Shown: in pieces, positions 25,225-39,063 of the stretch
Position numbering within the stretch: position 1 is the first letter of the stretch
Layout of the letters: each line of letters opens with the position of its first letter
NCBI GenBank assembly: GCA_009103225.1
Contig: RHPI01002888.1
Coordinates: forward strand, 205,986 to 269,985
DNA: 64,000 bases
Source: Chlorokybus atmophyticus
Lineage: Eukaryota; Plantae; Mesostigma and Chlorokybus algae
Direction: 5' to 3'
Translations under genes and position numbers: made by a program
Notes under the pieces: generated by a model
What the model saw: the letters and a program-made list of their open reading frames with translations, nothing else
Told to the model about the DNA's origin: nothing
The model's database searches: none

Positions 25225-26200
25225 TGTCCGCAGCTATTGGCTGCATCCGTAGCAGTCAGGAGAGCCTTCTGCTTCGCTACGCATGTGCGGAAGCTGACGG
25301 TGGGCTCTGGTACTTTGACACCGCAAAGATCACCTGCACAATACACAATTGGACCGGGATGGGCAACATGCAAGCGGTGTTCAAACCCAATACTGTTGCA
25401 AATAGGTACATTTCAACCAGTGAAAGCAAGTGTCTAAAGAAACAGGAAGCAAGACATATCATATTAATTGCACAAGGTTGTCAAGCAACGCCGACTGGCC
25501 ATGTGGGTCATAATCCAAATGCATGTCAATTGAAAGGTATGCAGGGTATACTAAAGTGACTGCATTGTAGGGCACATGCAACATACCTCAATGAAGCCGT
25601 ACGCAAAGAAGTGACCGATCCCACACCCCACATTGACTGCAAATACTACCTACAGGGTACAGCACACGTGGTGTGATTAAACATGAACGTAAATGGACAC
25701 CAAATTGAGAGCAACACGCATGCACAATCCTATAGACAACATACTCATGTGCAGAACCAAAGTATGGAATGAATAAAACCAATGCAAACTTTTGATAACA
25801 AATGCTACCAGACAACCAAAAGTTGGTTAAGTGAACAAGCGGGCCAAAAAGCAAGAAGATGCAAATAAAATAATAGAGACACGTTAACAAACACACCGAG
25901 CCAGCTAGCCAGCTAAACACACGGAACAACAAATGAGGGAAGTAATAAGCATATAAGAACACAAGCAACTCAGATAACCAATAGCTACAGGTGAACAAAC
26001 AACCACACAAACAAGCAAGCAAGGTAGATAAGGCAACACAAACAACGGCTAACAAGCTAACCCTTGCCTTCTAGGCAGGACTTTTGCCGGAGGTAATCAA
26101 TGGCGACGCGAAGGGCGAGCCATCTCGCAAACCAGCCAAGCTTGCGGTTAAGGAGGGTGTGGTAGCCGACGTACACAATGGACACCTACTTGTAAGTAGA
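25225..26200 (-). pseudogene. Degenerate duplicate of the MPO1/DUF962 gene, 3' exons
   Basis: Remnants HTLLNRKLGWFARW, VVFAVNVGV and VIFAVSKY align with the intact copy at 29184-30800 but carry indels (KYEP becomes KYQSP* by a 2-bp insertion). Confidence 0.8.
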
Positions 26201-26809
26201 CCATGCATGTAACACACATACTAACATGTCTACATGCATGCAAGAACACCACACCTGTTTTGCACACGAAGAGACCTCATACACAAATGTACATGGGTGT
26301 ATTGTGAGTGCCTGGCTTACCACATCCGTCATGACTGTGCCAACGAATGGCAAACGTGACACGCCACAACAATGCATTTAAACTAACGAATTATTTTCGC
26401 AAAAAGTTGAAGCTGCTAATCAAATGCACGGATCGCGATCGATGCCAACAAGGGGCGCGATCCAGTTTGGCCTCCTCCCGCCGCCAAAGTTCAGTTTCTA
26501 ACGTCAAGTATGAGTGCTAGCATTCCTACCTCTTGATCGTGCAAGCAAGCTTGCTTGCATGAATGGGAAAGTCTCAAGATTCTTCAGGCGCATGAGCACG
26601 TGATTCCGCTGCTCCATGGTTTTGCAGTTGGAGCCACCAGCCACCGTTGGAAGCTCCCCGCCATCCCAACCCCACCATCTTTCAAAGCTTGAGCTGAGCC
26701 AACTGAACTATGTCCGACATGATGGTATCGAGCGTCATCTTGCCCGGTGGGCTCATCACTCAAGCAGGGAGCGCAAGCTGGTGATTCTTAGCAAGGTTGT
26801 TTACGTTCT

Positions 26810-28900
26810 GAGCGGCGGCCGTGGCTGAATCAGAGAGGCATGCACAGAAACACCGGCAAGGTACTGATGACATGGCCGTGGTATACCTGCTGCTCGCAGG
26901 CAAAATCTACCCTAAAAGCCCCACACAAGCTGCTTATGTGTGTTGAGACATCCTGACTAGTGTGTAATCCCTGTGCACAGATTAAAGCCTATTTGTGCAG
27001 CACGTTGGCAGTCAAGAGGCTGCGCTGGATTTCTCTCCTGCCCTCTCTACAGGGCTGAGTTTCCCGTCGCTGTTGCCCATGCATATGTCCCGCCTTCCTC
27101 AAGAAGCAAACAAACGAACAAGCCTAGATCGACCCAACTTTTGCACCACTCAACAACGTACATCTCCTCGACGCAACAGCATGCACACTGGTGGAGGGAT
27201 GATTGCCAATTGTTGAAAGAGTGACATGCGATGTGGTTGGGGGGCAGGGGCTTGCATAGTGCGCGCCTGGCGTCTCAGAGCGAACCGAAGAATTGTCAGC
27301 AGCATCTTCAGATGCATTGCAACAAGGCTCAATCAACCCTAACACAACCACAAGCAGCAGTCACAATCACAGGTTACAAGTCCAGCTACCAGCAGGTAAC
27401 TGGTTTGTTGTAGCAGCAGGTGACTGCCTGCTGGCTCGTGGGTATGTTGGCTCCCCATAACAACAACAACCAGTCAACAGATGTTTCTCTGTGGCAGTAT
27501 CCCAAGCTGGAGCATGTTAATAGAGGGCGAGTTCCCGGTCCCGCAGCTGAAGTCGCTCGACGCCATTCTTGAGGCCATTGCCAGGCAGGTTCAGGACCTC
27601 GACTCGCAGCCGAGGTCCTCTCGGTGCAGATGCTACTTCATCACCAGCCTTAGAGACCAACCGTGAGTGGGTCTGAGAAAAGGTCTCACACTCCAATTCA
27701 TGCAAGGTCATCTCGCTTAATGAAGTGTCAAGTCCCACATCATCATGCACAACGGCTGGAGCATGCCTTTGGTAGACTGGTGACAAGGGAGGAACATGAG
27801 CCATGTTCTTCAGGCAGCTGAACAGCCACCTCAAGACACATTTGAGAAGGGAGCTAGCAACCTGGACATGCCTGGTGCGTCCACACCTTAAAGCGCCACC
27901 TCATGTGTTAGGCGAACAACAGCTCGCTCAAACTGAGCTACAAGAACAAGTGAACCCAAACTTGAAGGCAAGTGATTAGCAGCGGTACAGGCAGATGCAC
28001 TTCTTGCACCCGGTGTGGAGCCTACCTCTCTACATCAGCAGAACAGGAAGAAGACACTGGCTTCAGCGTCTGCGAAAGGGCAAAGCGGTGGCAGTGGTAG
28101 CAGAGGATGTGCCCCAAAGCGACCAGGAGTCATCGTGGCTCCACCGCTCAGCTGCGCCCAGGCGCATCTCGCTTGCGGTCCATCCTTCTATAGTCAACAC
28201 CAACCTGTTCAACGTCTCCTAACATCCTCAAAAAACGTGCCGGAGGCGTTCAGCGGGGCTCTATGTTTGACGTGGAGGGGTTCTTGGCTACGGAGGTAGA
28301 CACGGTGATACAAGACATTGCAACCAGAAAAACTATTGTCATTGCAGCATCACTCTCGAGGCGAAGAGGCTGCGCTGACCCAAGCAGAGAGCGACGAGTA
28401 CGCGGACTTGCTGGAAGCACTTCAATGCAGTATTAAAGAGTATGACGTCAGCGTGTCTCCCGGACATGCGCCCTCAAGCACGTCTCGGATGCGACAGTTG
28501 TCCCGGCAGTCGCAGTCAATTCACGGTCAAGTGCGAGTGCGTCTGCTTCGGTCGAGAGGTGAGCGCGTGAAGACTGACTGTTAATCCTGTTGATTGTGGT
28601 GATGTGGTGATGCAATAGTCTAACAACAGAAGGTTGTGCTCACAGCTGATTCCACTACGCCAAGGTCAGTGTCCAGCGGTGTGCAGCAGCAGGACACTTC
28701 CAATACGGAGTGGTGTGATTGGCGGCTGCAGCCGTGTAGATGTGTAGGCGTGCTAGCGTGCGTGTGAGTTTACTGGTGCAGTGTGATAGGCATGGCTGAC
28801 AGTGCGTAGCTTTGTATGACGATGTTGCTGTACTATTAAACACACACAGATTGGCAGGAGCAGGAGAGCTTGGCACTAGGTATGTAGCCTGCCTAATCCA
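26810..28900 (+). pseudogene. Degenerate duplicate of the 3' half of the CEP295-like gene
   Basis: Aligns with ~22180-24330 (shared PQLKSLDAILxAIARQVQDLD, WLQRLRKGKAVAVVAEDV, GEEAALTQAESDEYADLLEALQ) but is broken into short ORFs by stops and frameshifts; no 5' coiled-coil exons. Confidence 0.8.
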
Positions 28901-29183
28901 ATGTGGTATTGCCCTCAGTTCACTAAGCAAGGCGTATTATCAAGACCCTAGAACTGATTCAAGTGTCATTACTGTCATAAGTTGTTCATTGCCGCACACG
29001 ATGTTGTTGATTGCTGCACACTTTGTGCAATGGGTTTTGCTGTTCTCAATAACCATTCACACTGTGAGGCAAGCAACCATTCATGGGACAGCATCGTACA
29101 ACAGATTTAGCATTCAGTGTAGGTGTATATAGCTACAGGGGAGGTTGAGGCGTATGGTACAGATTCGTCAAAATCCTCAGCGC

Positions 29184-30548
29184 TCAGCTATTGGTTGTGT
29201 CGGCAGCAGACAGCAGAGCCTTCTGCTGCGCATCCTTAAACTTAATCTGCTCTGCCACACGCGTATGGAAGCCGATGGTGGGCTCGTACTTTGACACAGC
29301 ACAGACTACCTGCACAATACAACGTGGCAATTGTCATCAATTGTCGTAAGCAACATGCAAGCAGTATGTATGACCCACCACAAGTGAAAATGGAAAAACA
29401 CACACATTTTGTGTTACACTTTTTGTTACACTATCCATAAAACTCACTATCAAAGTCGAGTGCATACCTCCAGAAACACGAAGTAAGGCGCCATCAGGAA
29501 TGATTGCACGAAGTTGTCAATCAATGCCGGCCGGCGACCCTGCGAGTATTGACCCACATGCATGTCTTTATTGCAATGAATACAGGGTCAAACTAACATG
29601 CCTGCAATGCGGGCACATGCAACATACCTCAAAGACGCCGTGCCCAATGAACTGAGCTATCCAACACAACACATTGACTCCAAGTGCTACCTGCAGGGTA
29701 TCGCAAACAACTGGTGGTGAGTCAGCAGAGAAGCAACTACAAACATTGAGAGCGAACAAAGAAAACAACAATGTAAGAGCAATGCGAGTGCACAACCAGA
29801 GGACGCAACAGAGCCAAGTCTCAAGAAGAGAGACAAAAAGAAACCAACAAAAGTCGATTGAATCAAGCAAGTGAACAAGTAAATAAGCAGCAAGCAGCCA
29901 CACACACACACACAGCGCGAGCGCGAGCGCGAGAGCGAGAGCGAGAGCGAGCGAGCGCGAGCGAGCGAGTGAGCGAGAGAGCGCGCGCGAGAGAGCGAGA
30001 GCGAGAGCGCGAGAGAGCGAGAGCGAGAGCGCGAGAGCGAGAGAGCGAGAGCGAGAGCGAGAGCGAGCGAGCGAGCGAGAGCGAGAGGGAGCGAGAGAGG
30101 GCGAGAGGGCGAGAGAGGGAGAGAGGGAGAGGGAGAGAGGGAGAGGGAGAGAGGGAGAGNNNNNNNNNNNNNNNNNNNNNNNNNNNNNNNNNNNNNNNNN
30201 NNNNNNNNNNNNNNNNNNNNNNNNNNNNNNNNNNNNNNNNNNNNNNNNNNNNNNNNNNNNNNNNNNNNNNNNNNNNNNNNNNNNNNNNNNNNNNNNNNNN
30301 NNNNNNNNNNNNNNNNNNNNNNNNNNNNNNNNNNNNNNNNNNNNNNNNNNNNNNNNNNNNNNNNNNNNNNNNNNNNNNNNNNNNNNNNNNNNNNNNNNNN
30401 NNNNNNNNNNNNNNNNNNNNNNNNNNNNNNNNNNNNNNNNNNNNNNNNNNNNNNNNNNNNNNNNNNNNNNNNNNNNNNNNNNNNNNNNNNNNNNNNNNNN
30501 NNNNNNNNNNNNNNNNNNNNNNNNNNNNNNNNNNNNNNNNNNNNNNNN

Positions 30549-30608
<60 letters not shown>

Positions 30609-31449
30609 AGCAGGTGAGCAAACAAGTTGCTTGCCTTCCATGCGAGGCTTCTGCCGAGGAAATCGACAGCGACGCGTGCTGCGACGCAGAGAGCGAGGAC
30701 GAACCACCCTGCGAGCCAGCCGAGCTTGCGGTCAAGGAGGGTGTAGTAGATGGTGTACACGAGGGACACCAGCAGCGCCGCGTCCACCACCGTGACGTAC
30801 GCGTATATTAAATGCACTGATGGCGGAGCGGATGGGGGAGCAGGGATGGGGCCCGCTATTCGTGGCACGCATGTCAACAGCACCTGCAAGTAAACGTGTT
30901 GGATGGGAAAGCGCACGCATGTGTACACACACGGGCATACACACACGCACGCAAAAGTGGGACAATGCGCGTGGAGATTGCACTTCCTATGCACGCATGT
31001 GAGGAGTGAGTGATGATGGTGCTTGCTACGTGTGAAAATGTAACAGTGCACTGGACATGCATGACTTGAGCGATGCCGGGCAGCATGCACTTAAGAGTTG
31101 TGATGATACGGGCATGCGTGTACTTGTGAGTTGCAAGTATGCTTCATGTATGCATGCACAAGGTCAGCAAAGTGGTGACCTTTTCTGATCGATATTTTCA
31201 GCTAGGCGCGTACATACAAATAAGGGACGTGTGTCTTCAATGTCGGAATCATGGTGAAACTTCACACTCGCGTACCTGAGCAGTAAACAGAATGGGCCAC
31301 ACGCACAAGATGTGGATGGCCTTGTTGAGCCCGTCCCGATGGTAGAACGCGTAAAAGCCGTAATGAGACTCCAAATCCAGCAGCGAAGCCTTTCGGCCAC
31401 TTGGCGAGGCCATTTCTTTCCTCTCAGCACTGGCCCTGTTTGATGACAT
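29184..31449 (-). CDS. MPO1: MPO1/YGL010w (DUF962) 2-hydroxy fatty acid dioxygenase-like membrane protein; multi-exon
   Basis: LDLESHYGFYAFYHRDGLNKAIHILCVWPILF, YYTLLDRKLGWLAG, CWIAQFIGHGVFE, GRRPALIDNFVQSFLMAPYFVFLE, KYEPTIGFHTRV. Alternative start at 31413. Confidence 0.88.
29905..30605. repeat. (GA)n/(GAGC)n microsatellite around an assembly gap (N 30160-30548), intronic
   Basis: Read directly. Confidence 0.9.
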
Positions 31450-32224
31450 GAGATTTTCACCAGGAGGAACGCCTATAGCAAGACTGCACAAAGGCAGAGC
31501 TGTCTGCTGCGAGAACAAACTGGCAATACCAAGCGCATGGGGCTGGGAACATACTTAAATACTGCAAAAGGCAGCATGACCTCAAAGGCAGTCAGATCAA
31601 CAAAGGCGGATGCTATGAGCCACTTTCGTTCCATTCGATAGCGTGAAGGTGTTTGTGCCTTATAGAATTGCTGTTCGCTTACTGCATGAGTAAGTGTTGG
31701 CGCATTCCTGTGACGTGCATGCCATTGCATGCATGTCAAAAGAGAAGCTTCCCCACAGAACAGTGACTAATGCAGGACAACTGCTCAGTCAGTAAAAGTC
31801 AATGACTAAGTGAACTCTTGTAGTAGTAGTAGTGATGACAACATAGTACTCTGCCAACGACCACATTATCCACAATGCAAGCCAATTGCAAATGTGTAAG
31901 CACGATCTCTCGCTCACCTAATGCTGGGGTTCCGGCCCTTGAGCGTCGCCTTCCCGGTCGCCGCCGCAGGAGCAGCAGCTGTGGGGGCGGCGACGGGGGC
32001 AACAGGCTTCCTGTCTCGTAACACCGCCGACGACAACGACGCCCCTCTCCCTGCCACCGCCGCTGCCTGCATAGAGTGAACTAAGCTTTAGATTCTGCTC
32101 TTTGACATCCAGCAGCTTTGGCTTTGCTTTGGCACACAGCGGCGGGGGTGTGGTTGTGGGCGTCGTCGTCGTCTTTGTTGTCGCCGGTGCCGTCGGACTC
32201 GTCTCTGTCCTCATCGTTGTCGGC

Positions 32225-35200
32225 ATGGCGGTGTTGCTGGACACCTCAGTCGGCGACCTGGTGGTGGACCTCTTCACGGATGAGTGCCCAATCACCACGA
32301 AGAATTTTCTCAAACTCTGCAAGTGAGTCGCCATTGGTTTTATATTGATATTTACACGCACACTGTTCCCCTTTTCGTTTGATTCTTCCTTACTATCTTC
32401 CCTGATGAAGTGAGCTTATCATTTTCCTCATGTGAGGGGCTTATAAAAGCATTCAGGCAACGCGTTCATGCCATGCGTCACGTCATAAGCCGTTTCTTTG
32501 TGTTTGCTGTGGACATCCTTTGAAGAGCTTAGCTGGTTGCAAGCTCAGAGATCAGAATTCAAGCATTGTGTTGTTTGTATTCGCTCACACATGTTCGGTT
32601 TTTGCTGTGTTTGTTCTCACGCATTGCGGTGGGGTAGATTAGCAGTCTATATCCTTATAAATGCACACTGTAAGTTCTGAAATGTTTCTCGATGTTGACG
32701 TCGCCATCGTCGTCATTATTGGCTTTGTTGCTGTTATTAGCAAAAGGACTTTGTTGACGACAGTGCTTTATGTGCTCTGTATGTATACCATATTCTACAT
32801 ACCTGTCATTTCTTGTTAAGGAGTTCCTGTGTTGCGCAGGATAAAGTACTACAACAACTGTCTTTTCCACAACGTGCAAAAGGACTTCATTGCGCAGACT
32901 GGGGACCCCACAGGCACGGGCAAGGGCGGAGACTCCATATACAAGTATGCATACTCATTGTGTTTATCTCTTTCCCTTTGCTTTGTTGTGCACATATCAA
33001 TGTTAATCTAGAGCCGCTATGAAACAGATTGCAACACATAGCACATTAGACTCTATGGCACGCATTGCGATGCACACTGTGACATGTGAGGATAAACACA
33101 TTTTCTTACATGTCCTGTTGTTGCGTGCAGATTTTTGTATGGCGATCAAGCGAAGTACTTTGACAATGAGTTGAGCAAGAAGCTGCGCCATAGGAAGAAA
33201 GGCACCGTGTCGATGGCTGGAGAGGACGCCAACGCCTCGCAAGTGAGAAACAGTGTGCATGGATGTGTGCTTCCGTGTGCGCTCGTGTGTGTGTTTTGGT
33301 GTGCAAATTTGTGGTACACATGCGTTGGTTGAGGTGCGCATAGTGTGCTGCACACGGCGATTGGATGTATATGTTGCCACGTTTTACATGCGCGCATGCA
33401 GGCACGCACGTGCATGTGTGCAGCGTAGGCAGTCGCACATGTGGACATGTACTTGGTCAGATTGATTGTCGTTTACTTTATGATGTTAAGTAGTGCATAT
33501 ATGCATGAACTGTATCGCATCAGCGTCTAATGGCCAGGACCCTCGTCCAGATATGAGTAACATATCGTATACATCATGATTACTTAGTTAAGATGATGCA
33601 CAGTAGAGCATGCGCGCTGTGCTTGCGCCTTCACCTTGCGCATGCATGTACATCTGCGCATACGCCTTTGCCTGAGCACATCGTCCACGCACACACACAC
33701 CTTGTGTGTGCATGCTTGCGCGTATCCATGAACGCACGGCCTACGTGTGCACACACATTTGCCGTCGTCCAACTGCGTGCCAACCTGATCATCTCACTGT
33801 CCCAACCAGTTCTTCGTCACGCTGCGCGACGGGCTGGACTACCTTGACGATCGCCACACGGTGTTTGGAGAGATCTCAGAGGGTCTCGAACACCTCGACT
33901 TGCTCAATGACACCTTTGTCGATGATGCCGGCCGCCCTCTGAAGAACATCAGGTTGGCAGCCCACCCACATTGTGTCTTTCGTCACTCGTTTGTTGGCTG
34001 TGTTTGTCTGCACTTGTTGTACTCATTGCAACCCGTGTTGTTTACTGGGCTTTGTGATCGGTTGTGATGGATCGGTCATGTCGTGTGTGTTTATGACAAA
34101 CGGAAACGTTTCTTTTATTCAATGTTGGTTGTGTGCTGGTTTGCTCAGTTTACATGCTCATAATGTGTTCATTTGTTTGATCTGCTTGGCAATCTAGGTA
34201 CCTTATCAGACTTGTGAGCGTGTGTACATCGATTGACACCCCTGTATGTTCGTGCATGTGACTTTGCAGCATTGTCGTAAGCAACTTGCTTGTATGCAGG
34301 ATCAAGCACACTGTGATACTGGATGACCCGTTCGACGACCCTCCCGGGTTGGCCGACCTGATACCGGACAAGTCCCCGGAGCTGAAGCCAGCCGAGGTGT
34401 GTTGTTGCTTGACGCTACTTGACGAATACACAGGAGTGTTTGTTACATCTGCATCACACTGCGCATGTGAACGCACTTATGCTGGTGTTGTTGAGCTATG
34501 TGTGTGTATGGCTTGAGCTGGATGGTGTGACATCTTTCATGCTTTGCCAGCTTGGTCGTGTGAAGGTTTGAGTAAGGTTTCTCGTGCATGTGCATGTGCA
34601 TGTGTGTGCACGCATGCAAGCACACACCAGCGTGCATGCTCATATGTGTCTCATCCAGCAGTGTTGTTTGCGCGAACAAACTGTACCTGTCACTACTTTT
34701 CGTCAGTGTATTGCTGTGCAACTGTGTATAGTTGCTGACTGATTTTACCTCTTATAGGGCGAGCCTGTGCGTGTGGAGTACGATTGGAAACCCGAAGACG
34801 ATTCTGGGAGAGACGCGGACGAGATCGAGAAGGAGCTGCGCAAGAAGGCATGTTGGTTTGTAGTCACGTCTTTTTTACTTGTTGGTCTATGTGGTATGTT
34901 GTATGTTCACAGCGTGTGTCTCTGACTCAACCTACCCTCGCTTGCAGGAAGCCAAGTCAAGGGCCGTTGTGCTTGAGATGATTGGCGATCTCCCCGAGGC
35001 GGACGTGCTCCCGCCCGAGAACGTTCTGTTCGTGTGCAAGCTCAACCCTGTCACTGAGGTAGCTTGCCAAGCCTTGCATGTGCGTGTTAGTGCGCACGCA
35101 CATGCTTATGCATAGGCACACGCACGTGAATGTGCGTGTGTTGCTTGCGCACAACACCAGTCCGCATATCCACGTATGTGTGCGTGCATGACTGCATTTT

Positions 35201-36576
35201 GGCGCGTGCTTGAGTGAATGCATGTCCAACACTGTCTGCTCTACACTGTTGTTTTGTTCAGGAAGAGGATTTGGAGATCATATTCTCGCGCTTTGGCAAG
35301 ATTGTATCGTGCGACATCATACGCGACCACAAAACGGGGGACTCGCTGTGCTACGCGTTCATTGGCTTCGAGCAGAAGGAGATGGCGGAGGTGAGAAGAT
35401 GTGCTGTTGTTGTCACACCTTCATCACCTTCATCACCACCACCATTATAATCATCATTGAAATGTACGTGTCCAGGGAGCGTACTTCAAGATGGACAATG
35501 TGCTAATCGACGATCGGCGCATACACGTGGACTTCAGCCAGTCAGTATCAAAGCTTTGGAACAGGTAGGCCGTTGTGTTCGTGATAATCCCTTGTGTATC
35601 AACTGTGCTGTGTGGTTGATCAACGGAAGTGTTCCCCCTCTCGCAGGTTCAAGAAAGTGGGCCCCAAAGACGAGGCCGATGATGAAACCCGCGCCGCGAG
35701 CAAGTTTGAGATCAAGGGGCAGGGCGGTCAAGTTGGTGGCAAGGCGTATCCTCATGCAGTTGCTGATTGCAAAGGCGGCTTTGTTGGCCCTTTGCACTTG
35801 TTGTGTCTATGCATACATACTCGTGTGTAGCTGCATGTACATGTGCGCGCGAGCGCATTTGTGCACTTGTGTGCACACAAGCACAACTGTGCGCGCTTGC
35901 ACCGTTGTGCTTGTGTATGTCGGTGAAGGTGATTGGGCGAGGTTGTTGTGTCTCTTCACGTGTTTCGCCTTGATACGGTGCGACAGCTATGACTTGGTGT
36001 TCGACACGCCGGCAACGGCAGAAGGCACCAATGGCAACTCGCACTCGAAGCGACCGCCACCTGAGGATGCGCGCAGAGCCCGCGGCGCAGAACATCCGCA
36101 CGCGGACAAAAGGAGCAAAAGGTCAGTGCCTTATCAGGCAGTACTCTTAACAACTCACACGCGCACTCACTTACGAGCATCGACGTTGTGTGTACATATG
36201 AGTACAATGTGGGGTTGTACATACATGACCATCATGTCTAAAATCGGGTTGGAACAGGGATGACGATCGGGTTCAGGATCGGGATCGGGATCGGGACTTG
36301 GACAGGGATCGGGACAGGGGCCGGGACAGGGACAGGGACCGGGAGCAGGACAAGGATCGAGGCAGGGAGCGGGATGGGGGCAAGGAAGAGCACCGTGAAA
36401 GGCGTGCAGAGAGGCCAAGGGATAAGGACACAGATAGGAGTAGGGACAGGGATAGGAGTGGGGATAGGAGGGATGCGGATAGGGATAGAAGTGGGGACAG
36501 GGACAGGCACAGGCACAGGGATAGGGATGGTGATAGGTCTAGGGGGCGGGATCGAGCTCGGGACCGGGCAAGGTGA
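32225..36576 (+). CDS. CYP59: Cyclophilin-RRM protein CYP59/PPIL4 with Arg/Asp-rich C-terminus; multi-exon
   Basis: [87 protein letters not shown]; RD dipeptide tail 36250-36576. Confidence 0.95.
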
Positions 36577-37339
36577 TGATGCTGGAGCTGTTATTCACTC
36601 ACGCTACTGTTATGAGTGTGCGTGTGTGCACCTATGCGCATTCAGTGCAATACTGGGATTGTTTTTGCGTGTCTTTCCATGGACTGTGCGCGCACACACT
36701 TGTGTGCATGCGTGTGCGTGCGCGTGTGAGTGTACGGAATGTGAAGTGGGGAGTGTCGTGAACAGTTGCTATACTTGCAGCCAGTCGGCTCATGCCATCC
36801 TTACTCTATCTTGCATATGCCACACACAAATAACACGTGCGTGCGCTGTGTGGCACTCATCGTAAATGTCCTCACCTGTTACTGGTCAAGGGTGCGCACA
36901 CGGGACATCCAGACAAGAGTTGGAGGGCAAAGGCAGGCAGTAAGGACGGTGTATCTCAAACATCATGATTCCCATTCATGGCTATGTGCATGCTGGTTGC
37001 TGTGGATCGAACTGTTGTGTGCATGTGGCTCAGCAACCTTCTCAATAAGTGCAAGCCCCAGCACTAGCAGACATGAGCAGATGTGTTGCCCTCACGGACA
37101 CGTACAGGTAAACACACTCACAACACAAACCTCACCAACGCCAGACACAAGTCTTACATCACTAGCACCAACACCGGACACATGTCCTTGCACACAACCC
37201 TAAGAACCCAACATTCCCATCTCCGCCAACCTCTGCGTCAACCGTTGCGCCAACTCCTCCTACGCACACGCACACATGCATCAAGGCGCAACCCCAACTC
37301 AACAAACATGTTGCACCAACCAGAATACAAGCAGGTACA

Positions 37340-39063
37340 AAAGTGCTTACCTGCGCTCTTCGCCGCAGCGCACTGATGCCCTCAGTGTACTCCCGCTCCA
37401 GCGCGCGCACCCTCTTCTGATGCTTCTGAAGCACCAACTCTGCCACAACACCACCCACACAACCGTTGCATCGGACAGCAGAGATGCCCGCACAGACGCA
37501 GATGCACTCATGCATTACACGCAGGTGCACGCGCACACTCAAGCACAGATGCGCATGCACGCGCACATGCATGTTCTTGTGTGCACGCATCCAATTGCAC
37601 AGACACACACACGCCATTCACACCCAATCGCACGCGTGTGTACACACAAACATTTGAAAATATGCAACTGACCTTCCCTCTCAACAGCTTGGCGCAGAGC
37701 GTCCTCAGCTTGTGCGCGTGCCCTCGCGCTCTCCGCCACCTCTGCACTTTTTGCCCGAAGGGCCGACAGCAGCCTGGACTGGAGTTCCGACTGGCAGACA
37801 GGAGATGGCATGTTGATTTGTTGCTGTTGATGACCTCACATGTGGTTTGGTCAACAGGGAGGCACCTGTAGTTGGGTTTCAGCCTCTTCTAGACGGGAGC
37901 GCATCTCACGCGCGAGGCGAGTCCTCTCGTTGCGTATAGCCAACTTCAACCTCGCTCTCTGCGAAGTAGGAGAGAGAGGCATTTACGGACCACTTTAGGT
38001 GATTTTATTGAAAGTCTTGAAGTCCAACATGAAGTCCTGCGGGCACGCATACAGGGGCACACAAGCACGTATGCGCATGCAGATGCGCAGAGTGCGGCCA
38101 CATGCGCACAAACTGCCACACGCATATATACACACATGCACACGCACGCACGTACGCACATGCACTCGCATATACACACACGCACGCGCACGCGGACACG
38201 CACACGTACAGTCACACTCGCACCTGCAAGCTTCTCATCTCCCCTTCAAGCTCCCTCGCGCGCTGTTCAAGCACCTTCTCACACTCCTCATCATTATCAT
38301 TCCCACAATCCTGCTCCATCCTTTGTGCCCTCTCCCCACAACCACCCAACGCAAAGCACACGCTGGGCGGGTGCACGCCATTCGCACTCGCAGATGTGGA
38401 CGCACAATTCTCATCCTCCTCGTTGTGCTGCTTGTCATTGTTGTTGTTGTTGTGCTTCTCGCCGCTCATGTCCTCCATGACCTTCTTGAAAGCGCTGAGC
38501 ACCTCTTCCTCTATGCTGCGCCGCATGTTGGAATGCGTGTCATGAGAGTCCTTAACCTCTTTACTCTCTTTCTGCTTTGTTCTATCTCGTGAGTGTGTAC
38601 GGCCCTTCTGACTATGGTCACCGATATCGCCTGCGTGCTTGATAGACTGAGCACTCTTGCCTTTGACTTGAGATCTGACATCCGCTTGGGGTCGGATATC
38701 TTTCTGGGGTCGAATGTCTACCTGGGCTTTGATATCCGCAGCTTGTTGGGTGAGATCAGCCTTTCGTGGCTGCTTGCTGCTTGTGGATATCAACTTGTGG
38801 CCCGGCAAGCAACACGCGTGCGCGTGTCTGTTCTGATATGTTAGCAGCGGCGTTGATATCCGATCACTTTTGCTTGCTGCGGGTGGCTCGGCTGTTGAAG
38901 TTGTAATGTTGTCGGCACCCCTGTCGGCTTCGGTATCGGAAGCCCACAGCTGCAAGTCTCGCTCTTCATCGTCATCATCCTCTTTGGCATGCGAGGCGCG
39001 TCGTCTTTGTGTGGGCTTGTAGGTGTGGTGGGAGGCCAACATTTTCCCACCTGGCCTGCACAA
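37340..39063 (-). CDS. Uncharacterised protein with disordered N-terminal part and C-terminal coiled coil; both ends uncertain
   Basis: 283-codon open exon 38212-39063 followed by in-frame helical exons [76 protein letters not shown] with GT-AG borders. Confidence 0.6.

Noticed and set aside
29568-31090. Long RE-rich and SL-rich ORFs crossing the N gap
   Set aside because: Produced by GA microsatellites and N read-through; only the parts matching MPO1 exons are coding.
36167-36865. Pro-rich, Gly/Thr-rich and PVPIP ORFs
   Set aside because: Alternate-frame or antisense readings of the CYP59 RD-repeat exon.
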